A stretch of 64,000 nucleotides of DNA from Phycisphaeraceae bacterium (GTDB taxonomy: Bacteria; Planctomycetota; Phycisphaerae; Phycisphaerales; Phycisphaeraceae), in NCBI GenBank assembly GCA_963667295.1, contig OY763327.1, forward strand, positions 1,060,898-1,124,897, read 5' to 3'. Numbering within the stretch: position 1 is the first letter of the stretch; each line of letters starts with the position of its first letter. Below, piece by piece: positions 29,503 to 39,366 of the stretch. The translations under genes were made by a program, and so were the position numbers. The notes under the pieces are model-generated. The model was not told where the DNA came from. It saw nothing but the letters and a program-made list of their open reading frames with translations, and ran no database searches.

Positions 29503-30879
29503 TTAAATCGATTGATACTTGTCATGGTAGTAGCGGAACTGGTGATAAGACAGGCCGAGCAATCGCGCGGCTTCGGCCTTGTTGCTATCGGCCTGCTGCA
29601 TGGCGTTTTGGATCAGGCTTTTACTGAGCGCATCGACCTGCTCGGTGAATGAACCATGCAATACGTTTGCGTCCGGCGACTGAAGGATGCCGAAGTCCTG
29701 TGGCGTGATCTCATTGGTCGTATCGCGATAAGCCGCTCGTTCGATGATGTTTTTCAATTCACGCACGTTACCGGGGAAGGGGTATTGCCGAAGTGTATCC
29801 AGAGCCGCTTTCGAGAGCTTTTTGCCTTTGAAGGCAGGTATTTCCATCGCGAACTGATATAGAAAATGGTTCGACAGCGTTTCGATATCACCCTTGCGCT
29901 CACGTAACGGTGGGACTTCAATCAATTCAAATGAAAGCCTGTCGTAAAGATCGCTCAGGAAGTTGCCGTTGCGGATCAGTTGCTGCACATCACAGTTTGT
30001 TGCGGCGATGATGCGGGCGCTGGTTTTCAGCTCTTCGTGTCCACCCACCCTGCTGAAAGTGCCGTACTCCACCACCCGCAGGATCTTCTGCTGGAAGGTC
30101 AACGGCATGTTGCCGATTTCATCGAGGAAAAGTGTGCCCCCGTCCGCCAGTTCAAATTTGCCTTGCCGTGTGGCGTCTGCGCCGGTGAACGCGCCACGCT
30201 CGTGGCCGAACAATTCACTTTCCAGTAAGGCTTCGGGAAACGCGGCGCAGTTGACGGTGACGATCGGACGATTCGCCGGCCCGGCACTGAAGTGGATCGC
30301 ACGGGCGACCAGTTCCTTACCCGTACCACGTTCACCAACGATCAGAACCGGGCGGGGCACCTTCGCAACACGCTGGATCTGATCGATGACCGCCGTCATC
30401 TGCGGCGATCGGCCGATCAATTGGAACCGGGCCTGCATGTCGTGGCGGAGCTGTGCATTCAGTGCATCCAACGCACGGTTGCGTTCGATAACGGAGAACA
30501 GGTTTTTGAGTTTGCCCAGAACGGTGGTGATGCGTTTTTCCAGTTGATCACCGCGTACAAGGAAGTCGGTAGCCCCTGCCGAGACGGCCTCCTGTGCAGA
30601 ACCGACATCGCCGGCATCCGCGACCGCGAGGATCGGCACGTTCGGGTCCAACTCCCGTACGCGCTGGATCAGATCGAGCCCGCGGGTTTTGCCGTCGCCG
30701 TGGTCGACATGTACGAGCACAAGCCGGCGTTGATCCGGCTCCTTGAGATGTCGCTTAAGCGCCTGCTGTGTACGGACCACACGCACGTTGCAGCCTAAAG
30801 GGGTGTTGGCCTCCACCGCTTCGATCAGGTCCCCCAAGCCATCGTCGGCGGGCTCCACGATGTAAACGTTTTGCAGCAC
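29503..30879 (-). CDS. Sigma-54-dependent transcriptional activator (NtrC/Fis family bEBP) with degenerate receiver domain
   Basis: 458 aa; AAA+ sigma-54 interaction motifs (GERGTGKELVARAIH, GAFTGA, ESELFGHE), C-terminal Fis-type HTH; N-terminal receiver-like domain lacks an obvious phospho-acceptor context. Confidence 0.85.
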   Translation of the reverse strand: MLQNVYIVEPADDGLGDLIEAVEANTPLGCNVRVVRTQQALKRHLKEPDQRRLVLVHVDHGDGKTRGLDLIQRVRELDPNVPILAVADAGDVGSAQEAVSAGATDFLVRGDQLEKRITTVLGKLKNLFSVIERNRALDALNAQLRHDMQARFQLIGRSPQMTAVIDQIQRVAKVPRPVLIVGERGTGKELVARAIHFSAGPANRPIVTVNCAAFPEALLESELFGHERGAFTGADATRQGKFELADGGTLFLDEIGNMPLTFQQKILRVVEYGTFSRVGGHEELKTSARIIAATNCDVQQLIRNGNFLSDLYDRLSFELIEVPPLRERKGDIETLSNHFLYQFAMEIPAFKGKKLSKAALDTLRQYPFPGNVRELKNIIERAAYRDTTNEITPQDFGILQSPDANVLHGSFTEQVDALSKSLIQNAMQQADSNKAEAARLLGLSYHQFRYYHDKYQSI

Positions 30880-30890
30880 AACCAGAGCAT

Positions 30891-30942
30891 ACAGGATATG
30901 TGAGAATTTTCACCATACCTGATGAGAATTATCATATTCTTG
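30891..30942. promoter_or_regulatory. Three imperfect TGA-N6-TCA palindromes (candidate enhancer/UAS for the adjacent bEBP)
   Basis: tgagaattttca (30891-30902), tgagaattatca (30913-30924), tgaagactttca (30931-30942) in the AT-rich divergent intergenic region. Confidence 0.45.
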
Positions 30943-30998
30943 AAGACTTTCATATTCATTATTTCAGTCATATCAACAGAATACGAAATTTCGTTCAT

Positions 30999-31012
30999 CG
31001 GCATGGTGCTTG
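30999..31012 (+). promoter_or_regulatory. Sigma-54 (-24/-12) promoter candidate
   Basis: cGGCATggtgcTTGCc: GG and GC elements at the canonical spacing (TGGCAC-N5-TTGCW), 56 bp upstream of the ATG at 31069. Confidence 0.55.
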
Positions 31013-31068
31013 CCAATGCTCCTCCCGTGCGGCTGTGATGCCGCAGGCAAGAAGCGAAAGGAGTCTGC

Positions 31069-31411
31069 CATGAATACGAAGTCTTCCGCCAAGTTACTCG
31101 GACGCCGCCTTTTGTGGGGTGTCGTGGTGTGGGGTGTGCTGACCATCCTGATATTGGGTGGCGAGAACTGGCTGAACCAGGTGTATCTGCCACAGCAGTC
31201 GGCAGCGTTGGGTGTTTCACAACTACCCCCCAGTGATGCGTCGGCCAACGCGCTACGCGGTTTTGAATGGCTCAAAGGTGTGGTGTCCTCAGGCACGCAT
31301 GTGTTGATCTTCATCCTGGCGTGGTTGTTCTGGGGCATGACGACGTTCCGACTGCTGATCGCACCTGCCGAGACACAAAAGAAACAAACAACATTGTCGG
31401 TGGATGAGTGA
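31069..31411 (+). CDS. Small membrane protein (NfeD-like partner of SPFH protein)
   Basis: 114 aa from the ATG preceded by a perfect AAAGGAG RBS (31056-31062); the ORF-track start at 31010 is a TTG and overlaps the promoter; two TM helices. Confidence 0.5.
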
Positions 31412-31454
31412 GGCCGGGCATTCATCAAATACAGGATTGAAAGGAGACATTGCT

Positions 31455-32546
31455 ATGAAAGCCAAGCTGACCATTTTTGTCGTTGTCCTACTGCTCATCT
31501 GTGCGCCACTGGTTCGCTGCCGTCCTTACGACAAGCCGGAGTTTATGGAGATAGACACCTCCGAGACAGGCTTCCTGATCGCGCTGGAGGGCGACACGGG
31601 CAACCAGATGTCGTTTGATTCCGAGAGCTACCTGGAACAGCGAAAGGTTGCAGCCAAACGTGTACAGATCCCGCACCGCTGGGTGCAGAAAGGCAGGCTG
31701 TGGTTTGATGGCGACTGGATCGACACGGTGCGTCTGGTGACGGTGGACCGTTCCCCGGTGACGCGAGAGTGGACCGCTGAATCCACCAGCGGCACCTCCG
31801 ACCGCAACGAAGCGATCTGGATCGAGAGCAAGGACTCGGTCGGCTTCTCGGTCGGATTCAACTGCACCGCCTTCATCGAGGAAGAGAGCACCGCACGGTT
31901 CCTGTACATGTACCGCAGCAAATCGCTGTCCCAGATGATGGATACCGAGATCCGCGCCCGTATCCAGGCCAAGGCGGCGGAGGTGGCGGCGAAGTACGAC
32001 CTGGACGAGTTGAGGTCCCACAAACAGGAAATCATTGACGCGGTCCGGGTGGATGTGGTTGACTTCTTTGCCCAGCGTGGGATCACAATCACGACGATCG
32101 GTATGTTCGGTGGATTCACGTACCAGAATCCCGACATCCAGCAGGCCATCGACCAGACGTTCGTGGCCCAGCAGTTGAAGGTGGTCAACGCTGCGAAGCT
32201 GGATGCCCAGGCCAAGGAAAACCAGCGGATAGAACTGGAAGCTGAGGGGATGGCCAACCGCGCCCGCAAGATCGCCAAGGGTGAAGCCGATGCCGTGCGT
32301 GAACTGGCGGCGGCAACGCGAGAGGCCCAGTCCGACCCGCTGTTTATGCAACTGAAGATGCTGGAGGTTGAGCAGATGCGGATCGAGCAGTGGGACGGTG
32401 CCTACCCGACCTACATGATGACACTCGGTAGTGCTGAAAAGTCGCCCACAGGCTTGATGTTGCATGTTCCAACGATCGCTTCGGGTGTGATTTCCGGCGT
32501 TGCATCCGGCGTTGCCACGGGAGCGGTCACCGAGATCAAACACTGA
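31455..32546 (+). CDS. SPFH/band-7 (flotillin/stomatin-like) membrane protein
   Basis: Start at MKAKLTIFVVVLLL with AAGGAG RBS; N-terminal TM, SPFH core, coiled-coil C-terminal region. Confidence 0.8.
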   Translation: MKAKLTIFVVVLLLICAPLVRCRPYDKPEFMEIDTSETGFLIALEGDTGNQMSFDSESYLEQRKVAAKRVQIPHRWVQKGRLWFDGDWIDTVRLVTVDRSPVTREWTAESTSGTSDRNEAIWIESKDSVGFSVGFNCTAFIEEESTARFLYMYRSKSLSQMMDTEIRARIQAKAAEVAAKYDLDELRSHKQEIIDAVRVDVVDFFAQRGITITTIGMFGGFTYQNPDIQQAIDQTFVAQQLKVVNAAKLDAQAKENQRIELEAEGMANRARKIAKGEADAVRELAAATREAQSDPLFMQLKMLEVEQMRIEQWDGAYPTYMMTLGSAEKSPTGLMLHVPTIASGVISGVASGVATGAVTEIKH

Positions 32547-32838
32547 TATGAGCGGCGGCCGAGGGCGTCGCAACCAGAAGCGGCCGCGTCGGGCATCGGC
32601 GCGGCCGCTATATTAAGATTCTTATAGCTTTTAACGTCTCATTCAAACAAGGGTTTAATCCTGCCAGTCCCGGCCTCGTCCTCAAGTACCCGTATTGGCC
32701 CAAGCTACGGTTGGTTATTACAATCCCAAGACTAGAGAGGCGGCCCCAAAGGAATCCCACCGGATACCTCCCGGAACCACGGAATCCTTCTGGATTACCC
32801 GCGTTAACACGACAGGCTATTTAGAGGCCCATCGACCG

Positions 32839-34119
32839 ATGCCCTACGACCTGAAGCCCATCGACCTGGATGTCGAAACCACGCCTTACCTCAAGCCTGA
32901 GGAACAGACAGGCGACCGCTGGACGCTTAACTTCGGGCCCCAGCACCCTTCGACGCATACCACCCTCCGTCTTGTCATGGAACTGGACGGCGAACGTGTC
33001 GCGCGGGTGACGCCCCATATCGGGTACCTTCACTCCGGCTTTGAGAAACTTGGTGAAGCGCTGGATTACAACCAGTACGTCACCATCGTCAGCCGGATGA
33101 ACTATATCTCGCCGATCAGCAACGATATTGCATGGCACACAGCAGTCGAGAAGTTGTTTGATATCGATCTGACGCCGCGATGCAAGGTCGTCCGCACGAT
33201 CCTTGCTGAACTCGGACGCATTCAGGACCACCTGCTGTGCATCGGTGCGGCGGCGATCGATCTGGGCGCGTTCACCGGCTTCCTTTACGGGTTCAACCAG
33301 CGTGAGCGCATCTACGACATCATGGACTTTATCTCCGGCCAGCGGTTCCACCCGGACTACACCCGCGTCGGCGGGACCATGATGGAACTGCCTGACGAGG
33401 CAATGTTCAAAAAGATGGTCAAGAACTTCATCTTCGATCAGCTTCCACCGGCGATAAACGACATCCGCACGCTGCTGACGAATAACCGCATCTTCCGCGA
33501 ACGGACCGAAGGTATCGGGACGATCACGCATGATGAAGCGGTCGCCTGGAGTCTGTCAGGCCCGGTGGCACGAGCGGCAGGGGTACGAAGGGATCTGCGT
33601 AAGGATGAGCCTTACCTGTGCTATGCCGATAACTGGGACGGCATGGGCGCGAAACCGGTGGAGTTCAAAGTCCCGATCGCGACGACCGGCGACGTGTTCG
33701 CCCGTTACCTGGTACGTCTGGAAGAGGTCGAGCAATCGGTCTCGATCATTAAGCAACTGATTGACAACATCCCGGGTGGGCCGATGAATGTGGATTCGGA
33801 CGGCAAGGCGATCAAGCCCAGCAAGGCCGAAGTGTATGGCTCGATCGAAGGTTTGATTCAGCACTTTGAACTGGTCATGACCAATCGCGGCTGGGAAGCG
33901 CCGATCGCAGAGGTGTATGCGGCGAACGAGACTGCCAACGGCGAACTGGGCTTCTATATCGTCAGCGATGGCGGCCCGAGGCCGTGGCGTGCCCGTTGCA
34001 GGCCGCCGAGTTACATCAACTACCAGGTGTTTGCAAAGATGATGGAAGGACACCTGATAGCGGATGCCGTGGCGATCCTGGGCAGCTTGAACATCATCGC
34101 GGCGGAACTGGACCGTTAA
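32839..34119 (+). CDS. nuoD: NADH-quinone oxidoreductase subunit D (49 kDa subunit)
   Basis: Conserved NuoD N-terminus (TLNFGPQHPSTHTTLRLVMELDGE) and C-terminal R-x-RxPSY motif (RARCRPPSYINY); ORF is open from 32695 but 32839 matches family length. Confidence 0.85.
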   Translation: MPYDLKPIDLDVETTPYLKPEEQTGDRWTLNFGPQHPSTHTTLRLVMELDGERVARVTPHIGYLHSGFEKLGEALDYNQYVTIVSRMNYISPISNDIAWHTAVEKLFDIDLTPRCKVVRTILAELGRIQDHLLCIGAAAIDLGAFTGFLYGFNQRERIYDIMDFISGQRFHPDYTRVGGTMMELPDEAMFKKMVKNFIFDQLPPAINDIRTLLTNNRIFRERTEGIGTITHDEAVAWSLSGPVARAAGVRRDLRKDEPYLCYADNWDGMGAKPVEFKVPIATTGDVFARYLVRLEEVEQSVSIIKQLIDNIPGGPMNVDSDGKAIKPSKAEVYGSIEGLIQHFELVMTNRGWEAPIAEVYAANETANGELGFYIVSDGGPRPWRARCRPPSYINYQVFAKMMEGHLIADAVAILGSLNIIAAELDR

Positions 34120-34175
34120 CCAATACGTAAACTGATCCGGCGATACCATCGCCGGCTTTGTAATGGGAAAGAACC

Positions 34176-34700
34176 ATGGCCTGGATTGCCAAAAACTCGG
34201 CGACGATGCAGATCGATCGACGGGATCAGCCTTACCTGACTGACGACCTGAAGCAGCAACTGGAGTCTGAGATCCTGCCACGTTATGACACGCGTCAGGC
34301 GGCGACGATGCCTGCGCTGCACCTGTTGCAAGATACGCACGGCTGGCTGCCGCACCAGGCGATCGAAGAGATCGCGGACTTCCTCGGGCTGACCTCCAGC
34401 CAGGTGATGGATACCGCGACGTTCTACGAAGAATACTGGCTGAAACCACACGGCAAGTACGTGATATGGGTCTGCCAGTCGCTGAGTTGTGAATTGATGG
34501 GCCAGCAGAAACTCGTCTCCAAGCTGGAAGATCACCTTGGCATCAAGGTCGGCGAGACGACCGATGACGGGAAGTTCACGCTGATGGATGTGGAATGCCT
34601 CGGCAGTTGCGGCACGGCCCCGTGTGCACTGGTTAATCACGATCTGCATGAAAACATTAACGCGGACAACTTCAAGCGCGTGCTGGATGCATTGGAGTAG
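34176..34700 (+). CDS. nuoE: NADH-quinone oxidoreductase subunit E (24 kDa, 2Fe-2S)
   Basis: 174 aa; Cys ligand pattern (CQSLSCE...CLGSCGTAPC). Confidence 0.85.
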   Translation: MAWIAKNSATMQIDRRDQPYLTDDLKQQLESEILPRYDTRQAATMPALHLLQDTHGWLPHQAIEEIADFLGLTSSQVMDTATFYEEYWLKPHGKYVIWVCQSLSCELMGQQKLVSKLEDHLGIKVGETTDDGKFTLMDVECLGSCGTAPCALVNHDLHENINADNFKRVLDALE

Positions 34701-34703
34701 TCG

Positions 34704-34898
34704 ATGGGCTGGTTCACCCGGCTGTGCCGGAACACGGGCCTGATGGTCCACCACATTGCCAAGCCCGCGAAGGGTGAGAAGCATGTAGTGAGACACGAGA
34801 CCGAAGAAAAGCAGGTCAACGAAAACGTGACCCTGCGACGAACCACGATCGAGGAAGTTGAAATCAAATTCTCGAAGGATGATGGAAACAAGGATTAA
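34704..34898 (+). CDS. Possible small basic protein between nuoE and nuoF
   Basis: 64-aa ORF, 4 bp after nuoE stop with a GGAG upstream; no recognisable family; weak. Confidence 0.25.
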   Translation: MGWFTRLCRNTGLMVHHIAKPAKGEKHVVRHETEEKQVNENVTLRRTTIEEVEIKFSKDDGNKD

Positions 34899-34925
34899 AC
34901 AATAATCTTTGAATCGGCGTAAGGA

Positions 34926-35050
34926 GCAATTAACCCCCTCTCCCCTTGGGAGAGGGCTGGGGTGAGGGCCGAAGTCCTTACATCCCCGGATAGAAGCAGA
35001 ACACTTAATCAACCCGGCCCTCATCCTAACCTTCTCCCGAGGGGAGAAGG
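34926..35050. repeat. Composite palindromic element (REP/MITE-like)
   Basis: Hairpin CCCTCTCC-N5-GGAGAGGG (34926-34946), inner inverted repeat GTGAGGGCCG (34952-34961) / CGGCCCTCAT (35015-35024), hairpin CCTTCTCC-N5-GGAGAAGG (35030-35050). Confidence 0.6.
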
Positions 35051-35123
35051 GACCGGACAAATGCAACGTTTAGACGAATTTTGAAATACGACTGCTGAAC
35101 GACGCACGTACGAGATACTCGAA

Positions 35124-36500
35124 ATGACGATCCTGAAAGAACCCGTCCTGACCAAGCGCATCCCGACCCACCCGTGGGGTGATCCGGCCGACCGGAAAGT
35201 CGTGACTTACGACGAGTACGTGAAGACCGGCGGATACAAGGGGCTGGAAAACGCGCTGGGGATGGACCCGAAAGATGTGGTCGACCTGGTGAAGTCGGCC
35301 GAGGTACGTGGCCGCGGCGGTGCGGGTTTCCCGGCGGGGATGAAGTGGAGCTTCCTGCCGCCGGAGGATGGTGGGCGTCGTTACCTGACGATCAACTCCG
35401 ACGAGTCCGAGCCCGGTACGTTCAAAGACCGGCTGCTGATCGACTTCGATCCCCACATCATCATAGAAGGCATCGCCATCTGCATGCACGCCTGCCGGCT
35501 GGATACCGCGTACTTTTACATCCGTGGTGAATATCATCATCAGCGAGAAGTCTTCGAAGCGGCGATCAAGGAAGCCTATGCGAACAAGGTGCTTGGGCCT
35601 GATTCACGTCTGGGCAAGATCAATGACCGATGGCCCGAACTGTTCCTGCATCGTGGTGCGGGTGCATACGTGTGTGGTGAAGAGACGGCGCTGCTGGAAT
35701 CGCTGGAAGGCAAGCGCGGTTGGCCTCGCATCAAGCCGCCGTTCCCCGCGGTTGCCGGTGCGTTCGGTCGGCCGACGATTATCAATAACGTCGAAACGCT
35801 CGCGATCTGCACGCCGATCCTCGAACGCGGTGCGGACGGACCGAAGTGGTTCCAGTCGATGGGCACGCAGCGGCCTGAAGGCGCACCGCCACATGTCCCT
35901 GCCAGCTTCGGCCCGAAGTTGTTCGGCGTGTCGGGGCACGTGAATCGGCCCGGCGTCTACGAAGAAGAACTCGGCATCACGCTCAAGGATCTGATCGAAG
36001 GGCTCTGTCAAGGCATGCGTGGCGGTAAGAAGTTCAAATCCGCGATCCCCGGCGGTATCTCCACGGGTGTACTCAGCACCGATGATTACGAAGTCAAACT
36101 CGACTTTGATATCACCAGGTACGACACGCTCGGACTCGGTACTGCTGGCGTCATGGTCATGGATGAAGACGTCTCTATGGTTGCTGTGGCACGCAATATT
36201 GCGAGGTTCTTCAGCCACGAATCCTGCGGCCAGTGCACGCCTTGCCGAGAGGGCACGAAGTGGATGTACAAGATGCTCGACCGCATCGAGGCCGGTGACG
36301 GCACGACGCACGACCTGGACCTGCTGCTGGAGATCGCCGGCTCGATGGGGGCACTACCCTCCGGCAGAGGCGCCACCATCTGCGGCCTCGCCGACGGCGC
36401 GAACTGGGCAATCCGCACGATCGTCAACAAGTTCTGGCACGAATTCGAAGCCAAAGTCAGCAAAACGCATCTGGTGTCGCTGGCGGTGGTTGGCAGTTAA
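35124..36500 (+). CDS. nuoF: NADH-quinone oxidoreductase subunit F (51 kDa, FMN/NADH-binding)
   Basis: 458 aa; FMN and NADH-binding glycine motifs (GRGGAGFPAG, GAGAYVCGEETALLESLEG) and 4Fe-4S cysteine motif (ESCGQCTPCREG). Confidence 0.9.
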   Translation: MTILKEPVLTKRIPTHPWGDPADRKVVTYDEYVKTGGYKGLENALGMDPKDVVDLVKSAEVRGRGGAGFPAGMKWSFLPPEDGGRRYLTINSDESEPGTFKDRLLIDFDPHIIIEGIAICMHACRLDTAYFYIRGEYHHQREVFEAAIKEAYANKVLGPDSRLGKINDRWPELFLHRGAGAYVCGEETALLESLEGKRGWPRIKPPFPAVAGAFGRPTIINNVETLAICTPILERGADGPKWFQSMGTQRPEGAPPHVPASFGPKLFGVSGHVNRPGVYEEELGITLKDLIEGLCQGMRGGKKFKSAIPGGISTGVLSTDDYEVKLDFDITRYDTLGLGTAGVMVMDEDVSMVAVARNIARFFSHESCGQCTPCREGTKWMYKMLDRIEAGDGTTHDLDLLLEIAGSMGALPSGRGATICGLADGANWAIRTIVNKFWHEFEAKVSKTHLVSLAVVGS

Positions 36501-36543
36501 AAGTGCCTCATAAGGTCGATCAAAATCATGGGGGATAGAGGCG

Positions 36544-37065
36544 ATGGCGCTGGTTCTAACCGTAGGTAATCCGACAGATGTCTTTTCAGAGCCATTTGCA
36601 GAACAACTGCGTCGTACAATCGAGCAGTGCTTCGGCACACAGATGGAACTATGTTCTGCTAACGATCCATGGCACTCAGAGGAACTGGGCTGGTCCGGTT
36701 GGAAATCGCTTCAGAGTCGCGCCCAGGAAGTGGTTCCAGTCGAAGAAATACCGCATTTAATGTGTATGCCGGCGTGGCGGGGCGTATATGTTCACGCAAC
36801 AACCGAACCAGGATGCTTTCAGTTTGATAACGATGATATGACGGTTGATGTTGGCAGTGTGACAGCATTGGATGATGAATTGCATCGCGTTGGTGAAGCA
36901 CTGGGATTGCACACAAGTATCAATGAACTGAATGCTTTAGCGGAAAAGTACCTGACTAATGACAGTTTAATAGATGAAGACATGGACATTCAAACATTCG
37001 TCCAACTTTCAATTGGTGTAATCGTTGCCAAACAACGACGTCAGCCACTATGGATCGTTAAGTGA
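36544..37065 (+). CDS. Hypothetical protein (orphan, lower GC)
   Basis: 173-aa ORF with no recognisable motif; acidic. Confidence 0.45.
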   Translation: MALVLTVGNPTDVFSEPFAEQLRRTIEQCFGTQMELCSANDPWHSEELGWSGWKSLQSRAQEVVPVEEIPHLMCMPAWRGVYVHATTEPGCFQFDNDDMTVDVGSVTALDDELHRVGEALGLHTSINELNALAEKYLTNDSLIDEDMDIQTFVQLSIGVIVAKQRRQPLWIVK

Positions 37066-37155
37066 CATGCTTCCGGCACCAAGACCCGCTTATCTTCTTC
37101 TATTAAAATTCCAGAACCGTACGGCAACTGGCGTATCTCTTGATATCATTAAGCT

Positions 37156-37713
37156 ATGGACTCCCTCCAAGGCAAGCTGCTTTTAGCCGCGCCGGCGATG
37201 CAGGACCCGAACTTTGCACGTTCGGTGGTGCTGATCGTTCGTCACGATGGAGACGGAGCGTTGGGCCTGGTGCTGAATCGGCCGACGGGGGCAATGGTGC
37301 GGGAGGCGATCTCGGATGAGAGTGGCTTCAAGTGCAGGACTGATGCGGTGCTGCTGCGGGGCGGACCTTGCGATGGACCTTTGATGGTCCTGCACGCTGA
37401 TGAGGAGTTAGCCCAGGAGACGGTGCTGCCGGGTGTGTACTTCACGGTCGAGAGCGATCTGGTGCAGGAACTGCTTGGTAGTGAAGCGGAGGCGGTTCGG
37501 TTTTTCCATGGATACGCAGGTTGGGCGCCGGGGCAATTGGATGCCGAGTATGAGGCGGGGGGTTGGCTGCCATTAGAAGCGACAGCCGATAACGTGTTCG
37601 AGCCGGAGATGGATACCGAGTCGTGGTCTGCCTTGATCAAGCAGCGTGGCCGGGAGGAGTTGAAGAATCAGATCAATCCCGATCTGATCCCACCGGACCC
37701 GTCGATGAACTAA
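37156..37713 (+). CDS. YqgE/AlgH-family protein (UPF0301)
   Basis: 185 aa; family N-terminus (LQGKLLLAAPAMQDPNFARSVVLIVRHDGDGALGLVLNRP). Confidence 0.8.
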   Translation: MDSLQGKLLLAAPAMQDPNFARSVVLIVRHDGDGALGLVLNRPTGAMVREAISDESGFKCRTDAVLLRGGPCDGPLMVLHADEELAQETVLPGVYFTVESDLVQELLGSEAEAVRFFHGYAGWAPGQLDAEYEAGGWLPLEATADNVFEPEMDTESWSALIKQRGREELKNQINPDLIPPDPSMN

Positions 37714-37813
37714 TCAACGTGCAAATAAATCTGTTTAGCGGGCGATCGCAGATCACCGTGCAGAGTATTTGCATATGAGCGGATCTACGACCCGCTGCTA
37801 AACTGTCAGAACC

Positions 37814-38935
37814 ATGAATGAAGATACATTGGCACACCTGGACGCGATTCCCACTGTTTGCAGCTTGATCGAGGATGGAATCAAGGCCGGGCGGCATCTG
37901 GGGGCACAAGTTTATGCATCGATTGATGGCAAAACCGTTGCGGACGGTGGGATTGGATACGCTCGGCGCGATACACCATTAACCAGCGATTCGATACCAA
38001 TCTGGATGAGTGCGACCAAGCCGGTTACTGCGATAGCATTAGCTCAGCAGTGGGAATTAGGCCGAATCGATCTGGATCGGCCTGTCGCTGACGAGATACC
38101 GGACTTCGCGCAAGGCGGGAAAGAGAAGATCACCCCTCGCCACCTGCTGACACACACCGGTGGCTTCCGCGCTTCACGATTTCGTTCGCCTGATGATGAC
38201 TGGGACAAGATTATCCGGATCATCTGTGAGACGCCGATCGAACACGGGTGGGTGCCCGGCGAGCGAGCGGGTTACCACATCCATTCGAGCTGGTTCATCA
38301 TTGGCGAGCTGGTACGCCTCGCATCGGGCTTGGCTTATCGGGACTATGTGCGTGAGCAGATCTTGTTGCCGTTGAAGATGCAGGATTCCTGGATCGGCAT
38401 GTCGCAGGAGTTTTATCAGGCTAATCGCAAGCGCATCTGTGCGATGCCGAACATGGTGTCGAATCCGCCGACGCCAAGCGGTTTTGACACCGAGCGTTGG
38501 TGCATGGACTGCCGGCCGGGTGGTAGCGGTTATGGGCCCGTACGTGAGCTGGTAAGGTTCTACGAGATGATGCTCAACGGCGGAGAGCTGGATGGTGTGC
38601 GCATCATTGAGCCGGAGACGGTCGAGTTGTTTACAGATCGTCACCGCGAGAACATGCACGATCGAAGCTTCAACCACACCATTGACTGGGGGCTGGGCTT
38701 TACTATCAACTCGGCTCATTACGGGGAATCCGAGCAGTTGCCTTACGGCTTCGGGCCTCACGCGTCGCGGGACACGTTCGGCCATGCCGGTTATCAGTCT
38801 TCGATAGCGTTTGCGGACCCGGAACACAGACTCGCAGCAGGCATCATCTTCAACGGCATGCCGGGCGATCCGGCCCATCAGAAACGTGCTCATCGGGTGC
38901 TCGGAGCGTTATATACCGATCTGGGGCTGGCATAG
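37814..38935 (+). CDS. Serine hydrolase, class C beta-lactamase/esterase family
   Basis: 373 aa; S-x-x-K active site (SATKP) and family fold. Confidence 0.8.
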   Translation: MNEDTLAHLDAIPTVCSLIEDGIKAGRHLGAQVYASIDGKTVADGGIGYARRDTPLTSDSIPIWMSATKPVTAIALAQQWELGRIDLDRPVADEIPDFAQGGKEKITPRHLLTHTGGFRASRFRSPDDDWDKIIRIICETPIEHGWVPGERAGYHIHSSWFIIGELVRLASGLAYRDYVREQILLPLKMQDSWIGMSQEFYQANRKRICAMPNMVSNPPTPSGFDTERWCMDCRPGGSGYGPVRELVRFYEMMLNGGELDGVRIIEPETVELFTDRHRENMHDRSFNHTIDWGLGFTINSAHYGESEQLPYGFGPHASRDTFGHAGYQSSIAFADPEHRLAAGIIFNGMPGDPAHQKRAHRVLGALYTDLGLA

Positions 38936-39366
38936 CGAATCAGATAGGCACACGTCGCGGCCCGGCAGGTCCATGATGGATACGCTGCACGGCCTCAGCG
39001 GTCAGGCTCATGAGCGTCTGCTCGTCCAGTTCGTTGATCAGTTGCTTGAGTTGGCTGTTAAGCGGGCGGTTTTGCCAGCGGTTGAATCCCGGCAGGTCTG
39101 AGATGAGGCGGTTAGCTGAAACATCCGTGTATGGGCGTGAATCCATCGGTGCCGATTCCTTTCTTAACTTGTCCCCTCCGCCCCGTTGTCATTGGCCCCG
39201 CCTGTCCAAAGACAATGATCGGCCCATGATCTGTCGGGCTTAATCACGACACGAAGAATAAGTGAATCATCGCATCCATCTTGTCAATGTGCGTAGGATT
39301 CGCGTATGCTTGTATAGTATTTGCGTATCAATAAACACTTGAATTTACAGGGAAAATGCCGAGAGG

